From IMG/VR virus record IMGVR_UViG_3300025326_000036, positions 1 through 56,696 of that record: a DNA stretch of 56,696 nt. The stretch is one strand, 5' to 3'. Positions 44,908 through 54,200 of the stretch are shown one piece after another. Both the position numbers and the translations under genes were made by a program. The number at the start of each line of letters is the position of its first letter. Positions within the stretch are counted from its first letter, which is position 1. This stretch comes from a virus. Lineage: Duplodnaviria; Caudoviricetes. The notes beneath the pieces are model-generated. The model worked only from the letters and a program-made list of their open reading frames with translations, did no database searches and was not told the DNA's origin.

Positions 44908-45112
44908 GGTTTTCGGAATGGGTCAAACTGGATATTTCTATGTTTGCTCGGTGGCGGTTTTACTTCTGGTGGGACGGTTTGGGAACGAGTCAAAGGCCAA
45001 AAGTTTAGAATCAGCCGGTGGCACTTTTACTTCTAGCGGAACGGTTTGGGAATGGTTCAAACTGGATAAAAATAAGAACGCTCCGTGGCACTTTTACTTC
45101 TAGCCTGACGGT
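44908..45112. repeat. Three degenerate 67-bp direct repeats
   Basis: GTGGC..TTTTACTTCT at 44951, 45018, 45085; GGTTT.GGAA at ~44908, 44976, 45043. Confidence 0.85.
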
Positions 45113-45429
45113 GCGGCAGTCACACCCATCCGGCCCGTATCAGGTCAGCCGCAATAGCCATCCTATAGTGCTGTCTGAGGCTCGGCGGCAACCGACGCAA
45201 TACCCACTCGGTCGCGTCTTCCATCGTCGTACCGTGGGTCATCATGTGGGCGATCCTGACTGCTGCTGTCATCCTATGCCTCTTGGGTGGTATGGGTCAG
45301 CGGTCAGAGCTGCACGATTGCAGATGACCGCTGCCGTGTGGAGCCGTGAGGACGACAGCGAGGTGTTTTCCTTCTGCCGGGACCGGGTGAACTGTCAATG
45401 ATCCACCCGGGCGCTGTACCTCGCGTGCC

Positions 45430-45855
45430 CTATGCCGCTCGCCTCTGCGCCGTGCCGGTGTGGCTACGCATCAGGTCGAGTTCGTGTTTGAGAGCGGTCA
45501 CCTCGTCGGCTACCAGCGTCCCGTCGCTGCACTGCCAGCCGCTCACCGGTCTAGGCCAGTCGGTGCTGGCCGGCCGCTGCGGGGGCGTGGCTACCTTGCC
45601 CCGGGCGCCGGCAAACAGTTCGATATATCCCTTCTTCTCGGCTACCTTGGTCTCGATGCTGGTAGTCACACCCGCCTGGTGGGCGGCCAGTACCCGGCGC
45701 ATGGTAGCCATGTCGCTGGCTGAGGTAGGTTTGCCGTTCAGTATCTTATCTGCTACGCCGGCCACGCGATGGCATACCGAGCATTCTTTTTCGACCGCTG
45801 AAATCAAGGTTACGTTCTTGCGGCCACACGTCTTGCAAGTTCCTGTCGTTCTCAT
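45430..45855 (-). CDS. Hypothetical protein with Zn finger
   Basis: CKTC...CSVC; AGGAGG RBS. Confidence 0.6.
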   Translation of the reverse strand: MRTTGTCKTCGRKNVTLISAVEKECSVCHRVAGVADKILNGKPTSASDMATMRRVLAAHQAGVTTSIETKVAEKKGYIELFAGARGKVATPPQRPASTDWPRPVSGWQCSDGTLVADEVTALKHELDLMRSHTGTAQRRAA

Positions 45856-46056
45856 GATCCCCTCCTACGCTGGTGTGCCGCAGATACCGGCTGGTCTGCA
45901 GGTAGATTGCCTGTATTACCGTGTCTGCCGGGTGGATATTGTCGGAGCCGGTGGCAGAGTGTATGGTGTGCAGTAGGTCAGTGGCAGTGTTCACGGTAGT
46001 TGCCTCCATATTATGCCGCGCTAATTTAGAGTGTCAATACATGGGGTGTAAAATAA

Positions 46057-46440
46057 TTACGGTGTGTGGCTGCCTGCGCGGTGGTGCCGGATGGGCCGCT
46101 TACAGAATGGACAAATGTCAACCAGCGTATCAGCCGATTCGTCCACGTACTCCTGATTACAGGATGTCCGGTGAGTACACGACCCTCTGTAATCCCATTC
46201 GCAGAACTCGTTGCTGTATCGGTGAATGGTTGCCAGTGCCTGTTCCAACTCAGGTGTGATGATCAGCGGTCGATTATGGCAGTTGGTCTCTTCGTAATTG
46301 ATACTCGCCAGCAGAGCCGCCTCGCGCATCTCGGAGGGGGTGAAGTCGCATCGGTGGATGCAAGCGGTCATCGTGTCAACCAACTGGTGAAACATTGGAT
46401 CGTTGCGGTAACGCTCGCGTGCTGTGGGTCGGTTGGTCAC
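46057..46440 (-). CDS. Hypothetical protein
   Basis: RYRNDPMFHQLVD...TPSEMREAA; C-terminal Cys motif. Confidence 0.55.
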   Translation of the reverse strand: MTNRPTARERYRNDPMFHQLVDTMTACIHRCDFTPSEMREAALLASINYEETNCHNRPLIITPELEQALATIHRYSNEFCEWDYRGSCTHRTSCNQEYVDESADTLVDICPFCKRPIRHHRAGSHTP

Positions 46441-46694
46441 GGCACCACCTCCGTGGCGTACTCCCCCATCTCAACCATGACCGCCCGACCCTCGGGTGTG
46501 AGGAATGCACTATCACAGATGGCGTGTAACTGAAAACAGAATGGTGTCTTCCATTTTCCAGTCAGGTATGCGACCCTGCTAAAGAACTCGGCCTGTTGGT
46601 GTTCGTCGCAATCGCAGAACAATTCCGCCAACCGTTGGGGTGTGACTTCTATGGAGTGGTCGATCTGTACATTTAATTTGGGCATGGCGGTCAC
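46437..46694 (-). CDS. Hypothetical protein
   Basis: TP..LAELFC.CD..QQAEFF; coupled overlap. Confidence 0.6.
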   Translation of the reverse strand: MTAMPKLNVQIDHSIEVTPQRLAELFCDCDEHQQAEFFSRVAYLTGKWKTPFCFQLHAICDSAFLTPEGRAVMVEMGEYATEVVP

Positions 46695-46873
46695 ACCTCC
46701 CGTCGGTAAGCAGCCACGGCGGCTCGTACCACCGTGCTGACGTTCTCGCCAATAGCCAGGGCACGCTGCTCCAGCCAGGCGGTTGTCTCGTCATCGAATC
46801 GGACGGCTTTCTGGCGGGTCTTGCTGGCAGGTGACGCCGTGCCGGGTGGTCTGCCTGGTTGTCTGATGCTCAT
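46691..46873 (-). CDS. Ribbon-helix-helix (CopG-like) DNA-binding protein
   Basis: GRPP then AVRFDDET..WL...A...GENVSTVVR.AV. Confidence 0.7.
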   Translation of the reverse strand: MSIRQPGRPPGTASPASKTRQKAVRFDDETTAWLEQRALAIGENVSTVVRAAVAAYRREV

Positions 46874-46882
46874 GTGTACCTC

Positions 46883-47131
46883 CTATGCAGCGTGAAAGTC
46901 TCTGATGATTACTTCGGGTTTACCTGTTGCGGTTAGCAAGACACATATAGATTGCTGGTCAGACAACCATGGTGATCCGTTACGGTCCTCATCGCCAGCC
47001 TGCTCTTGGGCCATCTGGCGTGCTTGGTTTTCATTCTTCGCTCGCACGACAAATCCAAACGCCTTGTCGTACCACGGCTCCCACGGGTTTGGTGTGATGT
47101 TGTCAATCGGTTTCAGCAGATAAAGTTTCAT
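46883..47131 (-). CDS. Hypothetical protein
   Basis: WYDKAFGFVVRA.NE.QAR; AAGGAGG RBS. Confidence 0.65.
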   Translation of the reverse strand: MKLYLLKPIDNITPNPWEPWYDKAFGFVVRAKNENQARQMAQEQAGDEDRNGSPWLSDQQSICVLLTATGKPEVIIRDFHAA

Positions 47132-47160
47132 CGTTACCCCCTCCTTATTTGGTTGTCGTA

Positions 47161-47189
47161 ATAATATATTGCTTGTAAATAGATGTCAA
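47161..47189 (-). promoter_or_regulatory. Sigma70-type promoter
   Basis: TTGACA-17 bp-TATTAT. Confidence 0.7.
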
Positions 47190-47194
47190 GTAAT

Positions 47195-49543
47195 TTAATT
47201 GCCCTGTGCGGCAACCTGAGCGAACGGGTTGCTTGCCCCCTGCGTCCCACCACCCGTCTGATCGTCACAGTACCGCTTGACCACGGTCGCCTGATCCCGC
47301 AACTGTGACAGCAAGCTGCCCCGCAACACGTACAGGACCGGCTTGCCATTGTCGAACGGTATCACGCCGGCACATCGGCCACCGACCATGGCGGGATGGG
47401 TGATGTAGCCCATCTTATATAGCATCTCCTGGCGCTTGTTACGCGGCAGCTTGCCGGCTACCCGCTTCTCATCCAGCATCCGACCGAGAGCCAGCGAGCT
47501 GATCCAGCCGCCAGCGAACCCGGGCCGCCCCTCGGCAACCGCTTCCATTACCTCCTGCTCGATGCCACCCAGGCTATTAGCCAGCGCCTCGGCTGTGCTG
47601 CTGGTCTCCGGTGCCCGGTGTGACTGCCCACCCGCCATCACGGCAGGGTTCAACTCGACCGGTATCTGGTATTCACGCAGCCAGTGGTTGACTATCTCGT
47701 AACCCTCGGCACGGAGCCAGTTGTACAGGTCGGGGAAATACCCACCCGTCATGCCGTCGCGTTCCATGTCACCCGGTTCCTGTTGGGCGGTGAAGAATAC
47801 GGCATACCGGCGGTCGGTGCCGGTCTTCCTGATGGCGTCCTTATGGTTTGAGAATAGGATGAAATTGGCCCGGTTGTCGCCGGTCCTCTGGTCTTGACCC
47901 TTGGACTGTATCTCCACACGGTCATTGGTGATGAGCGGTTTAAGCACCTCGATCAGATTGGCGCGGTCGGCGGTATAGACTTCCTCCAGGCAGATGAACA
48001 GTTTACCCTGTAGCCAGCCGTTGAATTTGTTGTCGATGTCCTGCGCGTTGGGCTTATGGCTGTAGCGGCTGCCGACAGCGTGTTCTATGACCGTGCCGAG
48101 CAGCGACTTGCCGTTGCCCTCCATGCCCACCAGCAGCGGTGCCCACTGGAACTTGACGCCCGGGTGCTGGACCAGTGCTGCCATGTACGCCAGCAAAATG
48201 GCTTGGTCACCCGGGTCAGGCAGCATCCTGGTCACATGGTCAATGAACCTGCTGGCATCGCCCTGACGGGACGGTGTGGTGATCGGCACGTAGGTATTGA
48301 CCAGTTGCCGACCTTCCTCTTGGATAGTCACGCCTGGCTCACACTCGGGCCGGAAGCAGATATCGTGGACCTTGGGAAATGTTGCCCCTCGGTTCTTGGT
48401 GAACGCTTCCCATGCTGACTTGCTCGGTTTGGTATTCTGCGGGTCCATCATAAATTCATGTCCACCGTGCATGTTGTCGAACCGGCTCTGGTCCATGAGG
48501 TTGCCGTCAGGGCACAGGATCTGGTTGGGTGCCATGACGTAGGTCATGCCCTTGAAGAAGTCAAGGAGACCGGTGGAAGTGATTAGCTGAGTGCCGGTGC
48601 GTAGCTGCGGGCTGGTGTCGAGCGGGGCTGGCTGGTCGGGGGCGGCGGGGGCCGGTTGGCTGTAGACCGACCGGGTGAGAGAGCAAGCCTTGGCGATGGT
48701 CAGTTGACCGTATGTCCTGCCACCTCCCGCCGAGCGATCCCATTTCTCCCGCATGAGGCCGCTGTCACGGAACAGGCGGTCCATGCGTTCACAGTTGCGA
48801 CCGGTCCAGAACGCCAGATGGCAGCAGAGCGCCGAGTCAGCGGCTGAGGCATCATCACCGTAGCAGCCCGTCTCGCCGTCAAGGAGCTGGCTGAGGGTGG
48901 CTTTACCAAGGAAGGCACCTTGCACTGAGGTGGTACGCCTCATGCGCTCGATCAGTTCGGTATCGTCCTCGGGTCCGGTATATTCGGGTGCTGCCGTGGA
49001 CGACCAATCTGACGGTGTGACTGTCGCGGTGGTGCTGGACCAACCGGGCAGGGTGAACAGGTTGTCGAGTGCCGCTTGAGCATTGTGGGTGCTGGAGCCG
49101 GTGGCGCCTGTGCCGGTCAAGGCTACAAAACGGCGCCGGCTGTAGCATTCCAAGTGAAGCTCAGTGTTGCGGGTTGGGTGGCCGGCTGGCAAGGTGCCGC
49201 TGCCGATGATGTGGAGGCCCGTGCCGGATTGGCTTACCTCGACCATGCACCCGGCAAATTGGGCGCATAGTTGGGTGGCGAGCGGTGACCAGCCGGTAGG
49301 AGTCATCGCGTCGTCTACGTCCAGGAAGAACAGCCCCTGCCCCTCGGTGAAGGTAAACCCGATTGCTGCACCGGGGATACGGGCGGCTGCCTCCTGTGCG
49401 GCTTGTTGACTGAGCCAAATACTGCTGTCATGCGCGTCATGTTTGCGACCGGTGACCGGATGAACGGGGTACTTTTCCGTGCGGCCAACTCTGGTGGGCG
49501 ATGGCTGACTTACCCACAGGATGAACTGGTTATACCTGTGCAT
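47195..49543 (-). CDS. Primase-polymerase fused to SF3-type helicase (NrS-1-like / DUF5906)
   Basis: FLDVDD, EVSQSGTGLHI, ECY..RFVALTG, D.S.AD.AL...LAFWTG; GMEGNGKS Walker A, LEE, FSNH, DRRY. Confidence 0.85.
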   Translation of the reverse strand: MHRYNQFILWVSQPSPTRVGRTEKYPVHPVTGRKHDAHDSSIWLSQQAAQEAAARIPGAAIGFTFTEGQGLFFLDVDDAMTPTGWSPLATQLCAQFAGCMVEVSQSGTGLHIIGSGTLPAGHPTRNTELHLECYSRRRFVALTGTGATGSSTHNAQAALDNLFTLPGWSSTTATVTPSDWSSTAAPEYTGPEDDTELIERMRRTTSVQGAFLGKATLSQLLDGETGCYGDDASAADSALCCHLAFWTGRNCERMDRLFRDSGLMREKWDRSAGGGRTYGQLTIAKACSLTRSVYSQPAPAAPDQPAPLDTSPQLRTGTQLITSTGLLDFFKGMTYVMAPNQILCPDGNLMDQSRFDNMHGGHEFMMDPQNTKPSKSAWEAFTKNRGATFPKVHDICFRPECEPGVTIQEEGRQLVNTYVPITTPSRQGDASRFIDHVTRMLPDPGDQAILLAYMAALVQHPGVKFQWAPLLVGMEGNGKSLLGTVIEHAVGSRYSHKPNAQDIDNKFNGWLQGKLFICLEEVYTADRANLIEVLKPLITNDRVEIQSKGQDQRTGDNRANFILFSNHKDAIRKTGTDRRYAVFFTAQQEPGDMERDGMTGGYFPDLYNWLRAEGYEIVNHWLREYQIPVELNPAVMAGGQSHRAPETSSTAEALANSLGGIEQEVMEAVAEGRPGFAGGWISSLALGRMLDEKRVAGKLPRNKRQEMLYKMGYITHPAMVGGRCAGVIPFDNGKPVLYVLRGSLLSQLRDQATVVKRYCDDQTGGGTQGASNPFAQVAAQGN

Positions 49544-49547
49544 ATAG

Positions 49548-49892
49548 TCACACTCCCTCGGTAGCCTCGGTGGGTATCATAGCATCAGCGGCAGCCTGTC
49601 TGAGTGACAGCGGGGCAGCCAGCGCCTGGGGGTCACGGAGCGCGATACCACCGGCCACGATCACCGCGTCACCGATCCGCACGGCCTCGGTCATGACGGC
49701 CTCGCGCATCAGCCCCACGCTCAGGAAGCGGAATGTGACCAGCCCGGGCGACACCTCGGCCACCTCGGCCACGCGGTTACGGGTCACGGCAAGCAGCCCC
49801 TCGGTGCGGGCGATGTGCAGGGCGACCGTCAACAGGTCGGCTTTGCGGGTGTCGGGCGCCAGGCGGCGGGGTGTGGCGGGGGTGGTGGTCAT
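49548..49892 (-). CDS. TetR-like HTH protein
   Basis: RK.DLL.VA..IA..EG...VT...VAEVAEVSPGLV..RF. Confidence 0.7.
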   Translation of the reverse strand: MTTTPATPRRLAPDTRKADLLTVALHIARTEGLLAVTRNRVAEVAEVSPGLVTFRFLSVGLMREAVMTEAVRIGDAVIVAGGIALRDPQALAAPLSLRQAAADAMIPTEATEGV

Positions 49893-50001
49893 CTCAGGGT
49901 CTCCCTTGCTATCAGACATTTGGAGCAACTGCACAGTGGGCTGTTGCTCATGGGTAGGTATCGGTTATGGGCGCGTATTTGCTTGAGTGCTTGGGTGGTG
50001 G

Positions 50002-50811
50002 TCATCGCGCGTCTCCTATAAATTCGGTCGGCCTGAAAAGTGACTGGATCATCTTTTCTTCCTCGATGGTTCTACCTATTGATCGGTTGTTTTTAATATT
50101 GTTGCATCGAAAATGAGTACACTGTGTATTTGACATCTCATGTGTACCACCTTTTGACAAGGGTATTATGTGGTCGAGAGTCGGGAATAACGGATGTGGA
50201 TGTGTTGCTGTTCTATCGACAGGCAGACCACATAATTGACAAACCCAATTATCCCGTTCAAATACGACCCCGCGATCCACATGCTCAACAAACGCGTTCT
50301 TGCGTCTAGCACGACGTGTCTGGTGCCATTTGTTTACTTTATCAGGGTTAGTCTGTCTGTATATTCTATGACGGTGCTTATCGTATTCCACATTTTCACT
50401 TAGCCACTTCTTCATCCGTTCAGCTATCATTGGTTTATTTGAAATACGGTAGACAACACCCCACTTCTTCATGCGCTCTGCTGTCTCAGTTTTATGAGTC
50501 TCACGGTATATTTTACATAGTGTGTTATGATGTTCTTTGTTATTGATATATCTGTCTTTGTAATACTCTTTCTTATTCGGGTAATTGGATTTAGCTTTTG
50601 CTAAAATAGCGGCTCTGTTTTTGTCATACCGAATCTTGTTCTTTATGAGTATTTCGCCCCTGTGTATTTTATTGTATTCTTTAGCTTTTGCACACTGCTC
50701 TTTTCTATGCTTCTCGTTATACCGTTTAGTATTGGCGTTACCCTTTTCTCTACATTTTTGGCAACGAGACATGCCCTCGATAGCGTCAGCACTGCAACTC
50801 AAGCATTTCAT
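50002..50811 (-). CDS. HNH endonuclease with Lys/Arg/Tyr-rich helical repeats, AT-rich
   Basis: Start MKCLSC (ATGA overlap); VFERDNWVCQLCG...TLDHIIPLSKGGTH..SN.QC.H..CN..K. Confidence 0.85.
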   Translation of the reverse strand: MKCLSCSADAIEGMSRCQKCREKGNANTKRYNEKHRKEQCAKAKEYNKIHRGEILIKNKIRYDKNRAAILAKAKSNYPNKKEYYKDRYINNKEHHNTLCKIYRETHKTETAERMKKWGVVYRISNKPMIAERMKKWLSENVEYDKHRHRIYRQTNPDKVNKWHQTRRARRKNAFVEHVDRGVVFERDNWVCQLCGLPVDRTATHPHPLFPTLDHIIPLSKGGTHEMSNTQCTHFRCNNIKNNRSIGRTIEEEKMIQSLFRPTEFIGDAR

Positions 50812-51254
50812 ATATCCAGTTCCTGTACGGACGTAATGAATTTTGCCCGACCGCCGAGCGACACGATCAAATTTAAAAAGTTCTGCTGCGCTACCTCGCG
50901 AGGTGTGGCGGTGAAATGCCAACCAGGTCGCTTGACCTCGTAGGCGAGGAATTGACCGATATTGCTGATGCCGATCAAGTCGCTGCTCTTACATACTGAA
51001 TTGACGGACTTACTCTCGTTCATTAAACCATATCTAATGAAGTTTCCCCGTTCATCCTGGTATGCGCCGGAATTGTTGCGAAACAGTCGAGCACCACGCC
51101 GAGCGGCCTCCAGGCGTATGGCATTTTGCACCGATGCCTCCGATCCCTCGGCTGTCGGTCCTAGCTGCGGCGTGGCCGCCACACCCATCATGGCACGTAG
51201 CTCCGCGACCGCTGCCGGCGAGATACCCCACCTGTTGGCCCATGTGGTCAGCAT
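50808..51254 (-). CDS. VRR-NUC domain nuclease
   Basis: SE..VQ..IR, LFRNNSG, SSDLIG, AYEVKRP, Q..FL..I...GG.A.F. Confidence 0.85.
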   Translation of the reverse strand: MLTTWANRWGISPAAVAELRAMMGVAATPQLGPTAEGSEASVQNAIRLEAARRGARLFRNNSGAYQDERGNFIRYGLMNESKSVNSVCKSSDLIGISNIGQFLAYEVKRPGWHFTATPREVAQQNFLNLIVSLGGRAKFITSVQELDI

Positions 51255-51395
51255 GGCTGCACCGGGTCGGATGGCAGCGGCTCACCCGTGGAGGTCAGAC
51301 TCTCTGCGCTGCAGCGACCGCACAGGAGACATTTGATATCCGCCGCTTGGGGGTCACACTCTCTCTCACCTGTGTATCGGCATACGTGGCACGCG

Positions 51396-51608
51396 CTAGC
51401 CATGTGTCACCTCCTTCTCAGCCAGTTTGCAGGCTTCAGCATAGGAAATTGAATCAGTGGGGCATCCTTTCAATCGCCCGACGCCGAACCGGTTACATGC
51501 GTCAACCATCCATTGCACCGGTTGATTGCCATCCGCATCGGTAAAAGGGCAGTGTTCACACCAGACTCGGCCTCCTATCTGCCCGTATTGAGGGTTATCT
51601 ACCTGCAT
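51396..51608 (-). CDS. Small Cys-rich hypothetical protein
   Basis: GGGAGG RBS; CEHC. Confidence 0.45.
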   Translation of the reverse strand: MQVDNPQYGQIGGRVWCEHCPFTDADGNQPVQWMVDACNRFGVGRLKGCPTDSISYAEACKLAEKEVTHG

Positions 51609-51777
51609 GTGCCACCTCCCCGCGCTGTGTGACTACCCGCCCATCGTCAAGAGCGCAACTGTACGCCGTCAGACAGAGGACCACAAGAAAAATGAACCGT
51701 GTGACGGTGGAGCGGCGGTCGGCTCGGCGTGCGGCTGCTCGGTAGCGGGTCATGTCGTCAAGTAGCTGTTGCATTGG

Positions 51778-53493
51778 TCACACCTCCTGTACGCGCCCGA
51801 TGACGCGGTTGACCTTCTCAGTAAGCACCTCAGCGTCGGCCCGACCCAGCGCCTGGGCACCGAGTACATCGACACCGAACTGATGGTAGAACTTGCGCTG
51901 TGCCTCCCGGTCGCTGAGGCCGATATGAGCGGCCAGGCCCCCATACCACGCCATAGCATCCCTCAGCACAGCCTGCGCCTCCTGCTTCTCGCGTTGCCGC
52001 TTGGCTGCAGCGTATGCCACCATGTCAGGGTGGCCGGCGCGTTGCATCCAGGCACGCACGGCGTCAGGATGTTCATCGGTCTTGGCAACTTCACCGCGCA
52101 TCGCGGCCAACACGGCGGCGTCTAATTCAAACAGGTCGCCTTCGACTTGCTCGGGGCTGCTGCGTCCTAAGACCTTCGGGGCGGTGTGACAGAACGGGCA
52201 TTTGTCGCGGAATGCTTCGTAAGGCGACATGCACAGCGGATTGCAGCAGATTTTCATCGGTATGGCGTTGGGGTCTTTGTCCTTCTTGGCTGATTTCTCG
52301 CGGCGGTCAAGGGTCCACTCAATACCCTCACGGTCGGGTAGCAGGTGCCGTGCCACATTGCTCACATGGTCAATGATTATCGCCGTTTTGCCCTCCATCC
52401 ATCGGCAGGGGCGCCCAAACATCTGGACATACAGGCCATACGACTCAGTTTTGCGGGCCATGATTGCAACCTCGATGGCTGGTAAATCGTACCCTTCAGA
52501 AATCAGATCAACCGTTACAAGCATCAGTATTTCGCCAGCTTCCAGCCGTCGAGCAAACTCAAATCGGATATGGGTAGGTGTCTCAGCCGTCATTATTTCA
52601 GCCGGCACACCGCCCACGTTGAACAGTCTGCTGAACTCTATGGCCGTTTCTATGTCCGGTGCGAATATCACACCTCGTTTGCCTGCGGCGAACTGCATGT
52701 ACGTGCTGACCACGTTGCCCATGATCGTACTGGAGCGGGTTTTCTTGGCGAGTTTCCCCCTCACATAGTCGCCATCGGCGCCGATTGGCACGTCAGATAC
52801 GTCCAGGTCGTTCGGTGGGCAGATGATCCGGTAGTCACTCAGGTATGATCTGATCTTGCCGGTTTCGTCGGGTAGACCATTGATCAACTGGCGCATCCTC
52901 GGACCTTCCACGATGGTGTCAAACACCCCGTCAGCGTGCCTACCGAGACCCTTGCCATCAGCTCTGACGGGTGTGGCTGTCACACCGAGTCCTTTGGCAT
53001 TGGTGAACAGGTCGATCACCTTTCCCCACTTGTTACCTTTTCCGCGTTGGTTTCCTGTAATGTGATGACTCTCATCAACTATCCACAACGAGACCTGTTG
53101 GCACCATCGCATGAAAGCGTGGTGATTTTTACTCTCAGGTTTCGCCCATGAAATCATTGTGTCCACACCGCCTACGGCACACGGGGATGAAGGATCGTAG
53201 AAATCCTTACCGTAGAGCCGGATATGCAACTGGATGATCGCGTTCACCACACTCTTGGGGGCGAATATTCTATGCTTGACGCCGGTCTGAGCCAGATGGC
53301 ATGATAGCTGACTGACCAGCTTCTCCCTGTGAGCTATGACCGCGCTGTATCCTATATGGTGATGAATCCGGTTGGCGCTGACGTAGGACTTACCCCCGCC
53401 GCAGGGAAGCACATACAGGACGTTCTGGTGGCCGGCAGCCCATGCGTCTAGTATGCTCTGGTCGTCTTCTGCCTGGTAGGGGCGCGGTTGCAA
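51778..53493 (-). CDS. SF2 (DEAD/DEAH-like) helicase with C-terminal Zn finger
   Basis: RPYQ, PCGGGKS, DESHH, TATP.R.DG, EGYDLP, QMFGR; TTG start after GGAGG RBS. Confidence 0.9.
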   Translation of the reverse strand: MQPRPYQAEDDQSILDAWAAGHQNVLYVLPCGGGKSYVSANRIHHHIGYSAVIAHREKLVSQLSCHLAQTGVKHRIFAPKSVVNAIIQLHIRLYGKDFYDPSSPCAVGGVDTMISWAKPESKNHHAFMRWCQQVSLWIVDESHHITGNQRGKGNKWGKVIDLFTNAKGLGVTATPVRADGKGLGRHADGVFDTIVEGPRMRQLINGLPDETGKIRSYLSDYRIICPPNDLDVSDVPIGADGDYVRGKLAKKTRSSTIMGNVVSTYMQFAAGKRGVIFAPDIETAIEFSRLFNVGGVPAEIMTAETPTHIRFEFARRLEAGEILMLVTVDLISEGYDLPAIEVAIMARKTESYGLYVQMFGRPCRWMEGKTAIIIDHVSNVARHLLPDREGIEWTLDRREKSAKKDKDPNAIPMKICCNPLCMSPYEAFRDKCPFCHTAPKVLGRSSPEQVEGDLFELDAAVLAAMRGEVAKTDEHPDAVRAWMQRAGHPDMVAYAAAKRQREKQEAQAVLRDAMAWYGGLAAHIGLSDREAQRKFYHQFGVDVLGAQALGRADAEVLTEKVNRVIGRVQEV

Positions 53494-53527
53494 GGTGTGT
53501 GACCTCCGTGTGTCTGTGTGCCGAGAG

Positions 53528-53669
53528 ACGGTATACCTAATTGCCTTCGATGTCAACAGTTCATGTGCAAATAAATTATGGGTCGGTAACAGGTAGTAAT
53601 TATTAGCGTGGATTTATTTTGCATGGGGCTATTTATTTTAATTGACATTGATGGCAATTAGCGTATTGT
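53528..53669. promoter_or_regulatory. Divergent pair of near-identical promoters
   Basis: Left TTGACA(53556-53551)-17 bp-TACCGT, right TTGACA(53642)-16 bp-TATTGT; both contain TTGACAT.GA.GGCAATTAG. Confidence 0.7.
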
Positions 53670-53736
53670 TGCTCGGCACACAGCGTCACACTATCATTAA
53701 GGGGTGTCGCACACACCAACAAGGGAGGGTTACGGG

Positions 53737-53961
53737 ATGCGTAGAGAACATATTGCACAGGGTCAGGAACTCGTGGGTAAGATAGAAATGCTCGAAGCGA
53801 GACTTGAGCGTATCGAGCGCGGGGCCAAGATCAACGTCTCGATGTCGGCTGGCGAATATGTCCAGTTGTCACCGGCTGTAGAGAATGTCGTCAGAATGCT
53901 GGCTGTTTCGGAAATGAGGGAACACCTTGCTGAGTACATCAAGCGGCTTGCCGCACTGTAA
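53737..53961 (+). CDS. Hypothetical protein
   Basis: Follows leader repeat/RBS. Confidence 0.6.
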   Translation: MRREHIAQGQELVGKIEMLEARLERIERGAKINVSMSAGEYVQLSPAVENVVRMLAVSEMREHLAEYIKRLAAL

Positions 53962-53987
53962 CACCACCAACAAGGGAGGGTACACGG

Positions 53988-54173
53988 ATGCGAGGAACAG
54001 TAGCTAAGGCACTCAGGAAATCAATCTACGGGGATGGTGGCAGTCACAGGCAACGTGAGTATTTCAAGGGCCATGAGCCTGCTGCGATGGTACCGAATAA
54101 TCGCGGTGGATTCTGGCGCAACCCGACATGCATCTGCACCGGCAAACGTCGCGCATACCAGAACGCCAAGTAG
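53988..54173 (+). CDS. Hypothetical basic protein
   Basis: Follows leader repeat; MRG..AK.LRK...RRAYQ.AK. Confidence 0.6.
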   Translation: MRGTVAKALRKSIYGDGGSHRQREYFKGHEPAAMVPNNRGGFWRNPTCICTGKRRAYQNAK

Positions 54174-54200
54174 CAACACACCAACAAGGGAGGGTATCAA

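Larger units (their letters stand above)
53714..54195 (+). repeat. 17-bp leader repeat before three consecutive genes
   Basis: CACCAACAAGGGAGGGT at 53714, 53965, 54179. Confidence 0.9.

Noticed and set aside
44690-45112. CRISPR array
   Set aside because: The 29-bp units are contiguous with no spacers, the 67-bp units are degenerate along their whole length, and there is no cas operon.
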